A DNA stretch of 64,000 bases from positions 1,984,001 to 2,048,000 of the forward strand of contig NW_026889756.1 of NCBI RefSeq assembly GCF_033153115.1, written 5' to 3'. Both the position numbers and the translations under genes were made by a program. The stretch's first letter is position 1; every line of letters starts with the position of its first letter. Shown here in pieces: positions 51,350 through 64,000 of the stretch. The DNA is from Saccostrea echinata (Eukaryota). Under the pieces are notes generated by a model. The model searched no databases. It saw nothing but the letters and a program-made list of their open reading frames with translations, and had not been told where the DNA came from.

Positions 51350-52061
51350 GTCGCCCGCGTGGCACAGTGGTTTGAGCGTTTGCTCTAGAGTCGCGGAGTA
51401 AGGAGTTAATCTTTATGTCGTGGGTTCGACTCCCTCTGCGGGACGTGGAGACCGGTCCTTTGCATGAGACCGTATAAACCGAGGTCCCGTGTAGCAATAA
51501 ATGCTGGGACGAAAACAATCCCTCACTGCTCAATGGCCTTGAGTGTCGAGTATAGGTCTGAGTTTGCAGCCCTCCACCGGCAAGTGGTGGCGTTTCCATA
51601 TGAGTGAAAAATCTCGAGAGGGACGTTAAACAACACACAAACAAACAAACTATTCCACTACGGGATGTGGAGACTGGTCCTTCGGATGAGACCGTATAAA
51701 CCGAGGTCCCCTGTAGCAGTAGGTGCTGGGATGAAAAAAATCCCTCACTGCTCAATGGCCTTGAGTGTCGAATTTACAGCCCTCCACCGGCAAGTGGTGG
51801 TTTTTCCATATGAGTGAAAAATCTCGACGGGTACGTTAACACACAAACAAACAAACAATTTCACTACAGAACGTGGAGTATGGTCCTTCGGATGAGGCCG
51901 TATAAACCGAGGTCCCGTTTAGCAGTAGGTGCCGGCATGAAAAAAATCCCCCACTGCTCAATGGCCTTGAGTGTCGAGTATAGGTCTGAATTTGCAGCCC
52001 TCCACTGGCAAATGCTGGCAGCTCAAGGGACATAAAACAACAAACAGACAATCAAACAAAC
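51350..52061 (+). mobile_element. tRNA-derived SINE followed by two tandem headless copies
   Basis: Same family as 15372-15676. A and B boxes only in the first copy; CAAA tails at about 51630-51650, 51840-51857 and 52035-52061. Confidence 0.9.
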
Positions 52062-52064
52062 ATT

Positions 52065-52670
52065 TTTGTGTCGCCTGCAGAGCAGAGCAGCACTTAGCGA
52101 TCAATTTACCTGGCGTCTGACCTTGACCTTTGACCTATTTTGTTAAATATACTGCGGAGGGTTAAATTTAACTTATGTCTTTTGAAATTACAGAGGCAGG
52201 GTTTAATAATTACAGTTATACATGTTTATGATCTCATGACAATGTATTTTGACACTGTATGAAATAAAGAAACCACAAAAACTGAAATTTAAGTACTATG
52301 AAAGTACAACGGGATCGGTATTCCAAAATGGATGGTGTAGACTGACAATTGCTGATATGATAGACTGAAGCCTCTTTCGAATGATTGTTGAAATCACGTA
52401 CTTAAATAATTTATATATAATTATTTATAATAAATTTATTCAAATTTCATTAATATCTATTTTAGCTTTCAGGGGTTAAGGATTTGCACTTCTATTTGAT
52501 TGTTAGATTCTATCGCAGTCTTACTATCCCTGGATTGTTTTGTTTTTGTTTTTTTTGGCATGAACTATATTCAATGCCGTAGCAAATAAATAGCTGATAA
52601 CTTTTAGACTTAGTTACATCTTTAATGAAGCTAAAAGCAGGCGACACATGCGTTCCTAGGAACACTCTAG
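52065..52670 (+). mobile_element. Small HINE nested in the 8.7-kb element
   Basis: subTIR TGTCGCCTGC / GCAGGCGACA, 3' hairpin GTTCCTAGGAAC and CTAGTT end. Confidence 0.75.
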
Positions 52671-53347
52671 TTCTGTAAGAAATCAGCAAAGACAATTAAG
52701 CAGAGATTTTGATGAATAAAATGGGTTTTTTAAACCTTTTTTTTTGTAACGCTGACCATATATACATGTATGGTTTGCGTTATAAAACATGATGTGATTG
52801 GGTAACGTAATGCACCTTGTACACGTACTCAAAGATGCTGACGTTTTTCAATATCGAAATTGGACATAAAACATATATACAATAAAATTTGAAGCCAGCG
52901 AGTTAAAAGTAATAAATTACAACTATATGGAAACGAAATGAAAAAAACATGTGTAAACTTGTCAAGTTGGAAACACTCAGAATGGGTATTGTTGGTATCA
53001 TACAGACTGTGTCATGGCCTTGACTCAAGTTCAACGTCACTAAGAACAAGATGCTTTTACTGGATGTGTGGTCTGAAAGAACATGTGTTAACTTGTCAAG
53101 TCGGTAACACAGATAGGTTTGCGTCATAACCAGAGTGTGTCATGACTTGACGCAAGGTCATCTGGACAAGTTCAAGGTCACGAAATAGAAAGTGTACATT
53201 ATTTTATTGTCTTTCTACTGGCGAAGCATTGCAAGTTGATAGTCCCTTAAAAGATTATTTATCATCTTGAATATGGCATGACCTTGACTCAAGGTCACTG
53301 CTCCAACGGAAGACCTATTCGTTGCTCTGCAACGAGCTCGGCTCTAG

Positions 53348-56300
53348 TTCGATTAACGATTGTAAAGTGAAGATATTATCTATTGTAGAATAATTTGATC
53401 TGAAACCCCCTTGATTTTCATTCAGTATCTCATATTGTTCAGCATAGTTATTTAATCGCTTAGCTAAGATAGATGTAAATAATTTACCCATACAGCTTAA
53501 TAAAGTAATAGGTCTATAGTTTTCAGGGGCTTTGTCGTCCCCCTTATTTTTATAAATAGGCAAAATATTACCAACAATCCAAGCTTCAGGTAAAACCGCT
53601 GAGTTAAAAACAATATTAAATAACATAACATATATAGGTAACATAAGACTAGCGGAAGATTTTATGTATTCGTTAAAAATTTCATCACTACCAGCACTTT
53701 TGTTATTTTTAATACTTGCTATTGCTTGTTTTATCTCATCTTCAGTTATCACAGAGTCTAATTCTTCATGAATATGTGTACCTATATACTCATTTGATAC
53801 AAATTCTTCACTGTTTACATCACCCTCGTTAATTTTTTTAAAGTATTCGTGAAATTCATATCAATATATCATATATATACATATCGATATATCAATATCA
53901 CATTTTTTGTTGTTCGGCCTTTTATTTATTATTTTCCAATAACTTTTTGGATCTTTACTTCTCAGTTTACTAATTTTTTTCATTACTAAATTTCTATGTT
54001 TTTTTCATACTTTTATCCATGGTATTTTTATATTTTCGTTCATTTACACGAACTTCTTCTTTTAAGATACTTAAACCATATTTTCTAAACATTCGTTTTG
54101 ATTTCCGAAATTTTTTCCATGCTATTTTACATTCTTTGTTAAACCACTCCTTTCTTTTTTGTAGTTGTTTACTGTGAATTTGTTGAGCATTGAAAACTCC
54201 AAAAGTTTTGCGCGCCGAGTTAAGCAATAGATCTGCAGTGTTTGAAAATATTTCATTTACCTGGTTTTTATCCAGATTATGAATATCAATATTACTTAAG
54301 ATATTTTTTTATTTTGTCTAGATCATTCAAATTAATGTTTTGACAGAATTCTTCTGTTTTATCATTATCCCAAGATTTTATCTTTTGACGCGAAGAGTTA
54401 TTTTTATTTTTCATTTTTTCACATCTGGTTTGGAAGTTATAAGTGTCATTTGAGGTATATGAATTCATACCTATTTCACAAAGAAGTGGCATATGTATAT
54501 CTGAGTATAACCTACTAAAATCTAGTATAGAAAATTTAAGTACATATTTCAAAAATTCAACACTACTTATACAGTAATCAACCACACTTGATTTTGTTGT
54601 AGTAAATTTACCCTCTTCAAGTCTTCCATTCAGCAAATACATATAGTTATTTTTACAAAAATTTAATAAATTATTTCCAAAATTATTCTTTGTTTTATCT
54701 AATGATTTTTGTTTCCTAGGTATATTTATCTTTTGCAATTCAAATACATTTGAAAGACAGTCTAAACTGGGATCATCTAACTCATATTCTTGATTTGATA
54801 TGTCATTTGGTTCAATAAAATCATCCTTTTCAGACGTTCTTGCATTAAAATCTCCAATTAGGCATATATGATTAAATTCACTCTGTAGATTCAAAAATTC
54901 AAGTTCAATTTCTTCAAAAGCTTCCCTTGAACTATATATAGAACTTTCTGGGGGTATGTAAACAATTCCTAAAATCAAATCTTCATCTGAATTAATTAAA
55001 AAAGAATTTAATCTTAACCAGTGAACAAACTTACAATTTGTGTGAATAATAGTTACAAAATCTTTAATGGATTTTTTGTATCCAATTACAATACCACCAG
55101 AACGTCTGTTAGAAAATACGTGTCTATTTTTAGCATCAAAGAAAAAATCAGTATGATCAATGGGTGTACTATCATCCGTTTTTGTCTCAGTAAAACACAG
55201 AATATCATAGGAAGAAATAAATGTAGAAAATTCTGGGTAATTTAAACGTCTACTTAGACCACAAACATTTAATCTTAAGATTTTAAGTTTGCAAGCATGT
55301 TCAGTAGATGAATCGAGAAAGTCGATTAAATAAGTGTCCACTAAATTGTCACGTGGTAGATTTCCTCCCAGGTTATCCTTCCTTTGACTTACTGAGCCGC
55401 ATCTGTTGAATGGTCGGAATTTACGGGGATTCACTGGAGATAGGCGCGGATCTAGATTGTGTGGTGCGGTGTTTTGGTTTTCCTGTTTGTAATCTGTCAG
55501 CACAAATCGTTCGCCGTTAATATAAAGTTTATCCATAATCAGTTGCGCTCTCTTGCCCTGTCGTTTAGCTGCTTTGTAGTGCGGGTACAGTAGTTTACGG
55601 TTTTCGTTTATCTCCTTGGGAAATTGTTCGAATACACTGAATTCTGGGTCGCTTTGATCGCCCGGACCGCCTTGATCCCGAAGGGCAGTGATAACCGTAA
55701 TTGCAGTTTTCCGGACTTTTTCACGGTCCTTAAAGTTTACAAATTTTGCCACAACTGCCCGAGATTTTGTCTCTTGTTTCCGGCCCATGCGGTGAACTCG
55801 ATGAAACGGAATTTCATCTGTTATTCCAAGTTTATCAGTTATAAATGCTTTTAACGCTTGTTCACATTGTTCTGCACTTTCTTCTTTTGGTTCATTAATA
55901 CCAAGGAATATTAAGTTGTCCCTCATGGACCTTGCTTGTAATTCATTTTGCTGTTCTTTAAGGTTTGGTCAGTTTGTTTGTAATAGTTGCCATTTGTTCT
56001 TTAAGTGCCACATTCTCTTTTTCTATATTTTCATGCATTTTTTTGGAAATCTTCATTTCTGCTACTATCTCTTTAGATGTTTTTTTCATTCTCATCTAAT
56101 TTGTCACTAGTGAATGTAATGCTTTTTTCTATTTCTGACATTTTTGTTTTTAATTCGAACACATCTGTTGTGACAGTATTCATTGTCGTTTCAAATTTGC
56201 TGATTCGTGATTCAATTTGGTCCAGTTTATCTAGTTTCTGAAAAACTTTGTCAAGTGTTTTGGCTAGATTATCTATTTTACTGCCGTAATCAATTGGCTG

Positions 56301-56740
56301 CATTCCGCCCTGATATTGTTGTACCTGATGTACAGGGGGTATAGGTCCTACGGGTGAAAAGCTGTAATTCATTACGGGCATTTGCGACATTTGTGGAATT
56401 TGATATGTATGATTTTGATTGCTTTGCATATTCTGACTGTTCACTGGGGTTGAAAATAACTGGTGAGAGATTCTTTGTGTGTCTACATTGTCTACATTGT
56501 CTTAAGACGTACTCATAACACTTACTTTTCTTTGTTGCGCTTCACTGCTCACATCTGGGCCTTCTTTTCTTTTCTTGCCTTTCTTTGATTTATTTCCACT
56601 GGAACCACTTTCAGGTGTTTTAGGCCCCATAACACACAATTGATATCGTTAGATTAATCTCCCAAATCTTTCCAAAGTTCCAAAGTTTGTTTTATAACAA
56701 AAAAATTAGTTTAAGTCCAGAGCTCAAAAAATCGTGACTC
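53348..56740 (-). mobile_element. LINE 5' part: ORF1 (coiled coil plus RRM-like), APE endonuclease and RT N-terminus, degenerate
   Basis: ORF1 RDNLIFLGI..HRVHRMG..VVAKF; APE LNVCGL, FTET, GDFNART, VVDY, SDIH; RT NKSAGSD..NYRPITLLSCMGKLF..QGGFR. Several frameshifts; first ORF1 ATG at about 56630. Confidence 0.93.
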
Positions 56741-56974
56741 ATAGAAATATCTTATAAACAATATTTACATTTACCAATCTGATATGTACACATTTCTACC
56801 TTATATTAGCACATACCTATTTATGGAAGAAGGTGAATTCCTATTTTTAAACTGACTTCACATCAGACATGAAAATGACCTAATTAATAATATGTAAAAT
56901 TATAACATATTCACAAATCCCTTCTTTACGATACATGAATTAATTAAAATGTTAACTTGCTATTGTAGCTCTTG

Positions 56975-57118
56975 NNNNNNNNNNNNNNNNNNNNNNNNNN
57001 NNNNNNNNNNNNNNNNNNNNNNNNNNNNNNNNNNNNNNNNNNNNNNNNNNNNNNNNNNNNNNNNNNNNNNNNNNNNNNNNNNNNNNNNNNNNNNNNNNNN
57101 NNNNNNNNNNNNNNNNNN
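56975..57118. other. Assembly gap (144 N)
   Basis: Run of N. Confidence 1.
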
Positions 57119-57639
57119 TAGCAAGTTTAGATTAAAAAATGAATTAATATTTAGATTCCTCATTCATAAAGAAATTATTTAGGTGCTTATTTAAGAGTTT
57201 AATCATTTATTAAATTTACTTACAGGAATAAGGGTAATTTCCAACTCTATGAAATACATGTATGTATGTATATCTACATGTATAAGCTTCTCACCATTCA
57301 AAACCAGTTCTCAAAGTAATAAAGAAATCATGAATGTAATTCCCGCCAATTCCAGCTTAAAACCATTCAACCACACTGACCAATAGAAATCAATGTTACA
57401 ATCCATAATGGAATAACCCATTTCCTACAATACCTGGTAGTCTACCTGGAATGTTACATTAAGTAAAATAGGGGTGTTTAGGTTTATAACAGACACTGAA
57501 CAAAGACAACATAGAGTGTTAGTATATGCATTGCGCAGCGCTGAATGAATGAGTGAATGAATAAAATAATTAATGAAAATAATATACACATTTAATTAAA
57601 ATAAATATCCTAAAAATAAAAAGTACTACTACCACATGT

Positions 57640-57885
57640 TAATATTCTGGCATGTTGCAGTAGGAACATGATGAAAGTCCCCTAGTAAGACTACCAGTTG
57701 GAATGTTGTCTGTTCTTAAGCTTGTGGTATGTCGAACAGTTTGTTGATGATCCTGTAGAGCATGATGATCTTACATGTAGCTCTGGCTCTGTGTAGCTGT
57801 AAGCTCTTTTATGAAAGAGCGTTTAGCATGGTTGATACGGTACTGGTGCGGCAGGTATAGCCATTCACAAACCACATATTCTAGC
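57640..57885 (-). mobile_element. Highly decayed LINE ORF2 C-terminal fragment
   Basis: Partial minus-strand translation resembling FV...TSTVSTMLNAL and IIMLYRII. Confidence 0.4.
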
Positions 57886-58032
57886 AGTGATGGGATCCGA
57901 AACTGGTTATGCCTATTCGAATTAAGTTGCTAAAGGATAAAAGTAATGTAAATGCGGACTTGCATTTCTAACATGTACTGTACACGATCATGTAGATGTA
58001 CACGTTGACTGCGAAACATCTCAAGTAATTCA

Positions 58033-58322
58033 GTGGCGCAGTGGTTAGAGCGTTAAAAAAACTTTGCTCTAAAGTCGCGGAGTAAGGAGTTGATATTTAT
58101 GTCGCGGATTCGAATCCACTGCGGGACATGGAGACTGGTCCTTCGGATGAGACCGTATAAACCAAGGTCCCGTGTCACAGTAGGTGCTGGGGCAAAAAAA
58201 GATCCCTCAGTGCTCAAAGACCCTAAGAGCAGAGTACAGATCTAAATTTCCAGCCCTCCACCTGCAAGTGGTGGCCTCTCAATATGAGTGAAAAATTCTC
58301 GAAGGGACGTTAAACAACATAA
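58033..58322 (+). mobile_element. tRNA-derived SINE copy
   Basis: GTGGCGCAGTGG A box, GATTCGAATCC B box; same body as the other copies. Confidence 0.88.
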
Positions 58323-58323
58323 A

Positions 58324-58800
58324 GGTGAAGATAACGAATAATGATTCATATCAAAAAAACCATAAACAAAACAAATCTATGAAGAGGGCATAAAACAAAG
58401 ACCCTTGAAAATTCCAAAGGTAGGATCAGGTGTCTAGGAGGAGTGAGCATCCCCTGTTGACCCGTCAAACCCGCCGTAAGCCCTATGTATTGGTAAGGTA
58501 GACGGAACATTCCGTAGTCAATTCAGTATAAAACAAAGGCCTAATAATTGGTATGAAACAAGTCAGCCAAAAAACGACCCAATAATAGATTATATTTACT
58601 AACAAGGTCATTATAACGACCATAAAATTTACGAAATGCCAACTCTAGACGAGGTTATTGAAATCCCTGTAACAGCAACTCATCAGTGCAAAGCATGCCT
58701 CGCTTTAAAAATTGATTGTACTCGGAGCAATTAAGCTGTTGAATAGCGAATAAGTTGGGAGACCTAAATACCATAAGCAGATGATAGTGGAATATTACTA
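58324..58800 (-). mobile_element. Penelope-like element 3' fragment
   Basis: Degenerate CSEYNQFLKRGML..ELLLQGFQ, resembling the YARACS..FL.R..L..QG C-terminal RT region of bivalve Penelope-like elements. Family call is from recollection. Confidence 0.6.
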
Positions 58801-58948
58801 CATAAACAAGAGCACCGCTAAGTGGAGCATCCCCTCGCGGCAGGAACTTCACCGGTAATGGCAGTATCTCCATAGAAGAAAATAGAGAAAATGTCCTAAG
58901 AGGAACGTTAAACAAGATATAATCATCTAGTAATCGAGGGCACCTAGT

Positions 58949-61900
58949 CCCAGCAGGCACGCAACGTTGTTTCAACGTTGAAAGTAGGTGGAATATAGGT
59001 TGCAACGTTGAGCAACTATAGTTCAACGTTGTTTCAACGTTGAGGTTTCAACGTTGAATCCTCAACCTTTTTACAACGTTGAAACAACGTTGAAGATGCA
59101 ACATATTTTCAGCGTTGAATGTTCGTCGATATTTCAACGTTGAAACAACGTTGAAGATTCAACATATTTTCAACGTTGAATCCTCAACGTTTTTACAACG
59201 TTGAAACAACGTTGAAGAAGCAACATATTTTCAACGGTGAATGTTCGTCGATATTTCAACGTTGAAACAACGTTGAAGATTCAGCATATTTTCAACGTTG
59301 AATGTTTGGTGTTACTTCAATGTTGAAGCAACTTTGAAGCTGCACCATATTTTCAACGTTGAATGTTCGTCGATATTTCAACGTCAATACAATGTTGAAG
59401 ATTCAACATATTTTCAACGTTAAATATTCCCTGTTATTTTAAGGTAGAAGCGATGTTAAAAATGCAGCATATTTTCAACTTTGAATGTTCGTTAATATTT
59501 TTACGTTGAAACAACATATGCAACATATTTTCAACGTTGAAAAAGTGAGGAAAATTTAATGTTGAAACAACGGGTAATGAGCGCCTTATTTTTCAAGGTC
59601 AAAATAGTAAGAACGCTAAATCAGTGTAATTTTTTGCTATATAAATATGCATTGTTAGAACATATCATGATTATTCACGATAAATGAAATGTATTATATA
59701 TGAATTAATTTATTTAAATTTTATTCAAAAGAATTGAGCTTACAGTACTGTAATAAAATGTTTAATATGAGTTAATATGAAGTATGACATCTATATTCAA
59801 CTCTCCACTGTAATTGCATGTTTAAAAAAAGTTAATTTGTAAATTAATTCTGAATGCAATGTTTTGACATAAATGAAAAAGAGAAACTTTTTTGTGATTA
59901 AGATAAGCTTTTTATAAATGAATCTTTATCCAATGCTTCACTGTAATTCCATGTTACTATAGAATTAATAAAAATAATAATTTATTCGAAATTAATGTAA
60001 TCGAATTAAAATTAGACTTCTGAGATCCGTGCCGTATACTAGCTCTGCGCAGAATGTATACGGAACGGATCTAAGAAGTCTGATTTTACATTAGATTGTG
60101 CTTTTGTTGCATTTATATGAAAGGAAAAAAAGGAAACTGTATTAGATATATTACTATTATCTTTCTTATCACAAAATATAAAAACATTAAAATAAACACG
60201 TTACAAAAAGGTTTAACAGTTTTCACACTAACAATTAACCCAGGTCAGTTTACATTACTTAGATCCACTCCACAAATTTATCTTCAAGGCATCAGATAAG
60301 GAGTGGTTCTAGCTTAGCTGGTCAGTTTCAGTGTCATGATAACCTTGTTACGCAATTTTCTTGCTGGGCAGCGATACAGAGAAGTTGTTTGCAGCTTATC
60401 TAGGTCAAAATTTGAATTCAACTGATGGACAAGAAGTGCGCGTCTTCTTGCTGTTCACATATTATGTATTTTACACGCCACGCACAAGGATTAAGGCTAG
60501 ATTATCAACTTCTGCTCAGTAAGTATAATTTCCTTTTCATGAATTTAGAAGAAATTTTAGATTTTCTAGTATCCATACATCATTTTATTTTTGTTTTGTA
60601 AGCATATTTGTAATCTGCATGCAAAACTTTAATACTTCGCAATTACCAATGCCTTTATCCTTACAACTTATTTTGAATGGAGACAATAATCTTACTTACA
60701 ACCAAAATATTGCAGTATTTAAACTTGTTCATGAATTTATTACATCTACAAAGAGATTTGCATGATATTGTTTCTCTCTCTTTTTTTTAAATTGTCAAAC
60801 CAAAGACCCAGCTGCATCTATTAATGTGTTCTTATTAACTTTCACATTTATACCTGTATTATTTTTGTTAGTCATATATGTTAAACTGCAAACATATTGT
60901 ATCATCAGCTCACTTATAATTAATTTTCTACTATTTATTTTGTCTTATTTTTATAAATTTCTTTTGAATATACACATGTCTATATTTATTTTTTCAATGA
61001 TGTATAATATTTACTTGTAAATGTATGACATTAACCTTGTATTATGGAGAGGACTTATACAGGCAGTGCCTGTTGTCCAACCTTATTATGATTATATATA
61101 ATAAAATATTGTTTAAATTAATCTGCGTGAAATGCACATCCTTAGTTCATGTATTTATGTGTTTGGTTGATATCCATTTGCACATGAAATTAACATATAG
61201 TATACAATTTAATTTCAGTTGGCCGTAAGGTTCCATCAAGCACTGGAGGCTTTGAGACGTAATTGATGCCCTGATTGGATGAGATTCATCGCCCGTGAAA
61301 ATTACAAAGGAATGCAACCTTTTTAACATTTTTCTTCAGTAATATTTATTTATAATCATACTGTCACAGTTATGAATTTTAACACGAGGACAAATATAAT
61401 TCTTTTCATTAATTCCAAGTATAAGAACATGTACTTTTGTCTGTTTTTTTATTATTCATGTATATTTTTATCATTTGAAATAACAAGTTATCAAATAAAT
61501 GACTTTCATATCATTATCTCTTTTGTTAATAGGCTTTGCATTAGAGGATGGAGCTTCCTGTTCATTTCTTTCCAACCGACGAGTCATTTTGTGGGACTTA
61601 CATGTAACTATGCGTGTGATTTAAAATCAATGGATCCGCTACGTTGTGGATCTTAAATTTAGACAGATGCATGATATGAAGAACCTGGATATGATTACTG
61701 TGACCCCCCTTTCACTAGGAAGATAAATTCTGTTAAACAGTGATTTTTGAGATTCGGTGATTGGATCCTGGATTTATCTTTGTTTTTAAAATACAGTTTA
61801 AAATAAATTTTCTCAGAATCTTAATACTGAATTACAACTTACATATTTTGCAACTTGAATAAAAACTTTTATTAGAATATGAAATGTATTTGTATATAAA

Positions 61901-62005
61901 GCAAAAGTCAGTATGACTTCAACGTGATTTCAACCAAATATCAACATTTGTACAACCAAAAAATTTCAACCAAATGTCAACCTAATTTCAACAAATGTTC
62001 AACCT
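58949..62005. mobile_element. CACTA/EnSpm-like non-autonomous element, right TIR not seen
   Basis: Starts CCCAGCAGGCAC; dense CAACGTTG subterminal array at 58960-59570 and TTCAAC repeats at 61917-62005. Confidence 0.6.
60014..60081. repeat. 26-bp inverted repeat (2 mismatches), MITE-like hairpin
   Basis: agacttctgagatccgtgccgtatac / gtatacggaacggatctaagaagtct. Confidence 0.85.
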
Positions 62006-64000
62006 TCAAAATTCGAAACTCTCGGATTTCATTCTTGGTAAATGTAAAGCTCTGAGACAAACCGAGCGACACTACGTCACGTGACATACTTTCGTTTTCT
62101 GCAGAAGCCAAGGAGTTGTCGATTTTGGATGTTTACGCGAGAAATTGACTAAGACTGTAAATGTAGACGAACAAAGATTAAAACCGCAAGTAAGACCTTC
62201 AAGAAAAAACATTTATTAAGGGATATGAACTGGCTTGTATGTCTAGTTTAACAATTTAAGCGAGAAAATAGCCGATGAAGCGAGGTGGTATCCAAAATGG
62301 CGTCCTCCCTTGTGTTTTTTTTCTCCGAGGTACTAATTTTCTAACTGATTTATTTTCTCTACACAAGCCCCTGTGGCCCAGGCGTTGCTTTAAGAGCTCT
62401 TAGTGACAAGCAGCGCTTCGCGCCTCTCGCTGGACTCGCTATTATTGTGCGTATCTTGAGACAGTCTATACGAATTAAAAGTGTCATCAAATATCCCCTA
62501 ACGGTCGAACCGTCAATATATTATGACAAAACGCAAATACAAAGTTAGGACACCGATTTACCGAAGCGACTCTATCGAAGCGACCCGAATTTACCCGAGT
62601 TTAATCAACCGGAAGTGATCGAGTATGTCAACTCGTACATAAAATTTCAGGGTTTGAGGGTTGTAAAAACGCGATATTTTAAGAAATACTTCACCGATTA
62701 ACTTGAAAATGAAAAGGGTTTGTCCTTTTACAATGCCACATAAGTATGTGGAGGCTGAGAATTGATATAGTGCAAGAATACGTTCTATTTCCATTAGTGA
62801 ACTATTCAAAATTAGAGGCGCGTTTGGTCGTCTGACTGGGACAGCATGGCGTTGCGGATAATACTAAACATGCCAATCTCAATCCAATTTTAAATGTTAA
62901 ATGTATCTGTCATTCCAATTAAAGAATAGAAGAACTAAAAGACAAATGTAAGAAAACGAGAACCTTAAATTTATCATCCATTAATAAAAAATACGACATT
63001 TCCGATGCATGCGTATTGTATTTAGATGTACCATACGATAAATAGATACATACGATCAACAATAGATATAAATTGATATCGCTGTCATTCCTACTCTTGA
63101 TGTATATAATGTCCTCAACAACAAAATATTTCATTTGCATTTTCTTTGGAATTGTTCATCGACATTCAACATATTGTTTACATGTGTATGTTACATTTGT
63201 CCCAGAAATCCCGCGAGATTTGTACATTTTCCGACTTTTTCACAAAAGAGCGCACTAAGAAGTATAACTCTTCCATGGTGGAAATAGAACGTATTCTCTT
63301 TAAATCTTGCCCAGAACCTGTAACGGACACAATAACACACACACATTCGCACACTAGCGATGCTATATCCCCTCCGCAGCTAGTTGCGCGAGGGGATAAT
63401 AAAAAAAAATTACAATGGAAAAGCTGAAGTCATCTCGTTTGTCATACAATTTAGTTGTTAATTGGCACAAACAAAAAAAACACTTGGTATTGTCGACATG
63501 CTCTAGTTCATGAGCATGGATGGAATAGCCGAAGTAAAATGAATGCCTGCATTTTCTGATGCATGGTAATAATTTCGCACTTCTCAGTTTGGAACTGAAT
63601 CAACCATTTTTGCTCCTACTCCTGTAGGTTGAGTAAATCCTCTTATAGACTAGCACAATTGTCTACCGGCTTAATATGTAACTAGACAAGACATTCATCC
63701 ATGAATAGGCGAGCAATTGACTGGATACAGGCTTGCATGTGTAGCGCCGCACCGAGCGGTCTTACAACATCTTTCATGATTTCAATTTGCATGAATGAAT
63801 TTAATTAATCCTTGTTCCTCACATTTTGAAAATAGACACCGAATTTCTAGTCTACAGTTTATTTACACAACACATCGCAAATAGAAACATTCAGGGAAAA
63901 TAATTCACAGTATAAAATCCAAGTAAACACAATCAAATATACATGTAAATCCAAAACAAAGGCGAAGTTAATAATCCAAGTGCTAGCTAGCGTAAGTGGT

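Larger units (their letters stand above)
44650..53347 (+). mobile_element. 8.7-kb compound HINE/Helentron-type insertion interrupting the LINE
   Basis: 5' palindrome AAGGTCTTCCGT..ACGGAAGACCTT; 3' subTIR ACGGAAGACCT, hairpin TCGTTGC..GCAACGA and CTAG; TT on both flanks; removing it restores the RT reading frame. Confidence 0.85.
58806..63400 (-). mobile_element. Second compound HINE (about 4.6 kb)
   Basis: Minus-strand 5' TTATCCCCTCGCGC..GCGGAGGGGATA plus (TG)n microsatellite; 3' CGCGAGGGGAT, hairpin and CTCTTGTT; 11-bp subTIR match. Confidence 0.65.

Noticed and set aside
56949-57182. ORFs spanning the N run
   Set aside because: They are artefacts of the assembly gap.

Overview
This is AT-rich eukaryotic DNA. 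The repeat families (166-167-bp BamHI-site satellite in Helentron-associated HINE elements, tRNA-derived SINE, Penelope and CR1/L2-type LINE remnants, RING-less B-box/NHL gene) point to an oyster or related bivalve; that assignment is inference. Bases 602-37423 (+) hold the 3' 24 coding exons (5864 nt, about 1950 codons, all splice phases checked by hand) of a MICAL-family F-actin monooxygenase: FAD monooxygenase, CH, LIM, long acidic/Ser-rich region, bMERB. Its 5' exons lie upstream of the window. An intact antisense B-box/coiled-coil/NHL gene (9215-10873) with an intronless CDS is nested in one MICAL intron. After about 3 kb of putative 3' UTR the window is a stack of transposons. A LINE is split in-frame inside its RT by an 8.7-kb compound HINE that itself holds a CACTA-like element, SINEs and another HINE, and a second compound HINE lies at 58.8-63.4 kb. 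The main leads are: (1) four MICAL splice donors followed by tandem arrays copied from their own exon end plus donor; (2) an intronic satellite with 11 perfect AGGTCAnnnTGACCT palindromes (estrogen-response-element consensus) whose arms are invariant and spacers variable; (3) several frame-preserving 18-30-nt candidate microexons; (4) the nested transposon architecture with apparently spliced non-coding cargo. No prokaryote-type system, CRISPR, rRNA or true tRNA gene was found, and none of these leads can be confirmed as novel without database searches.
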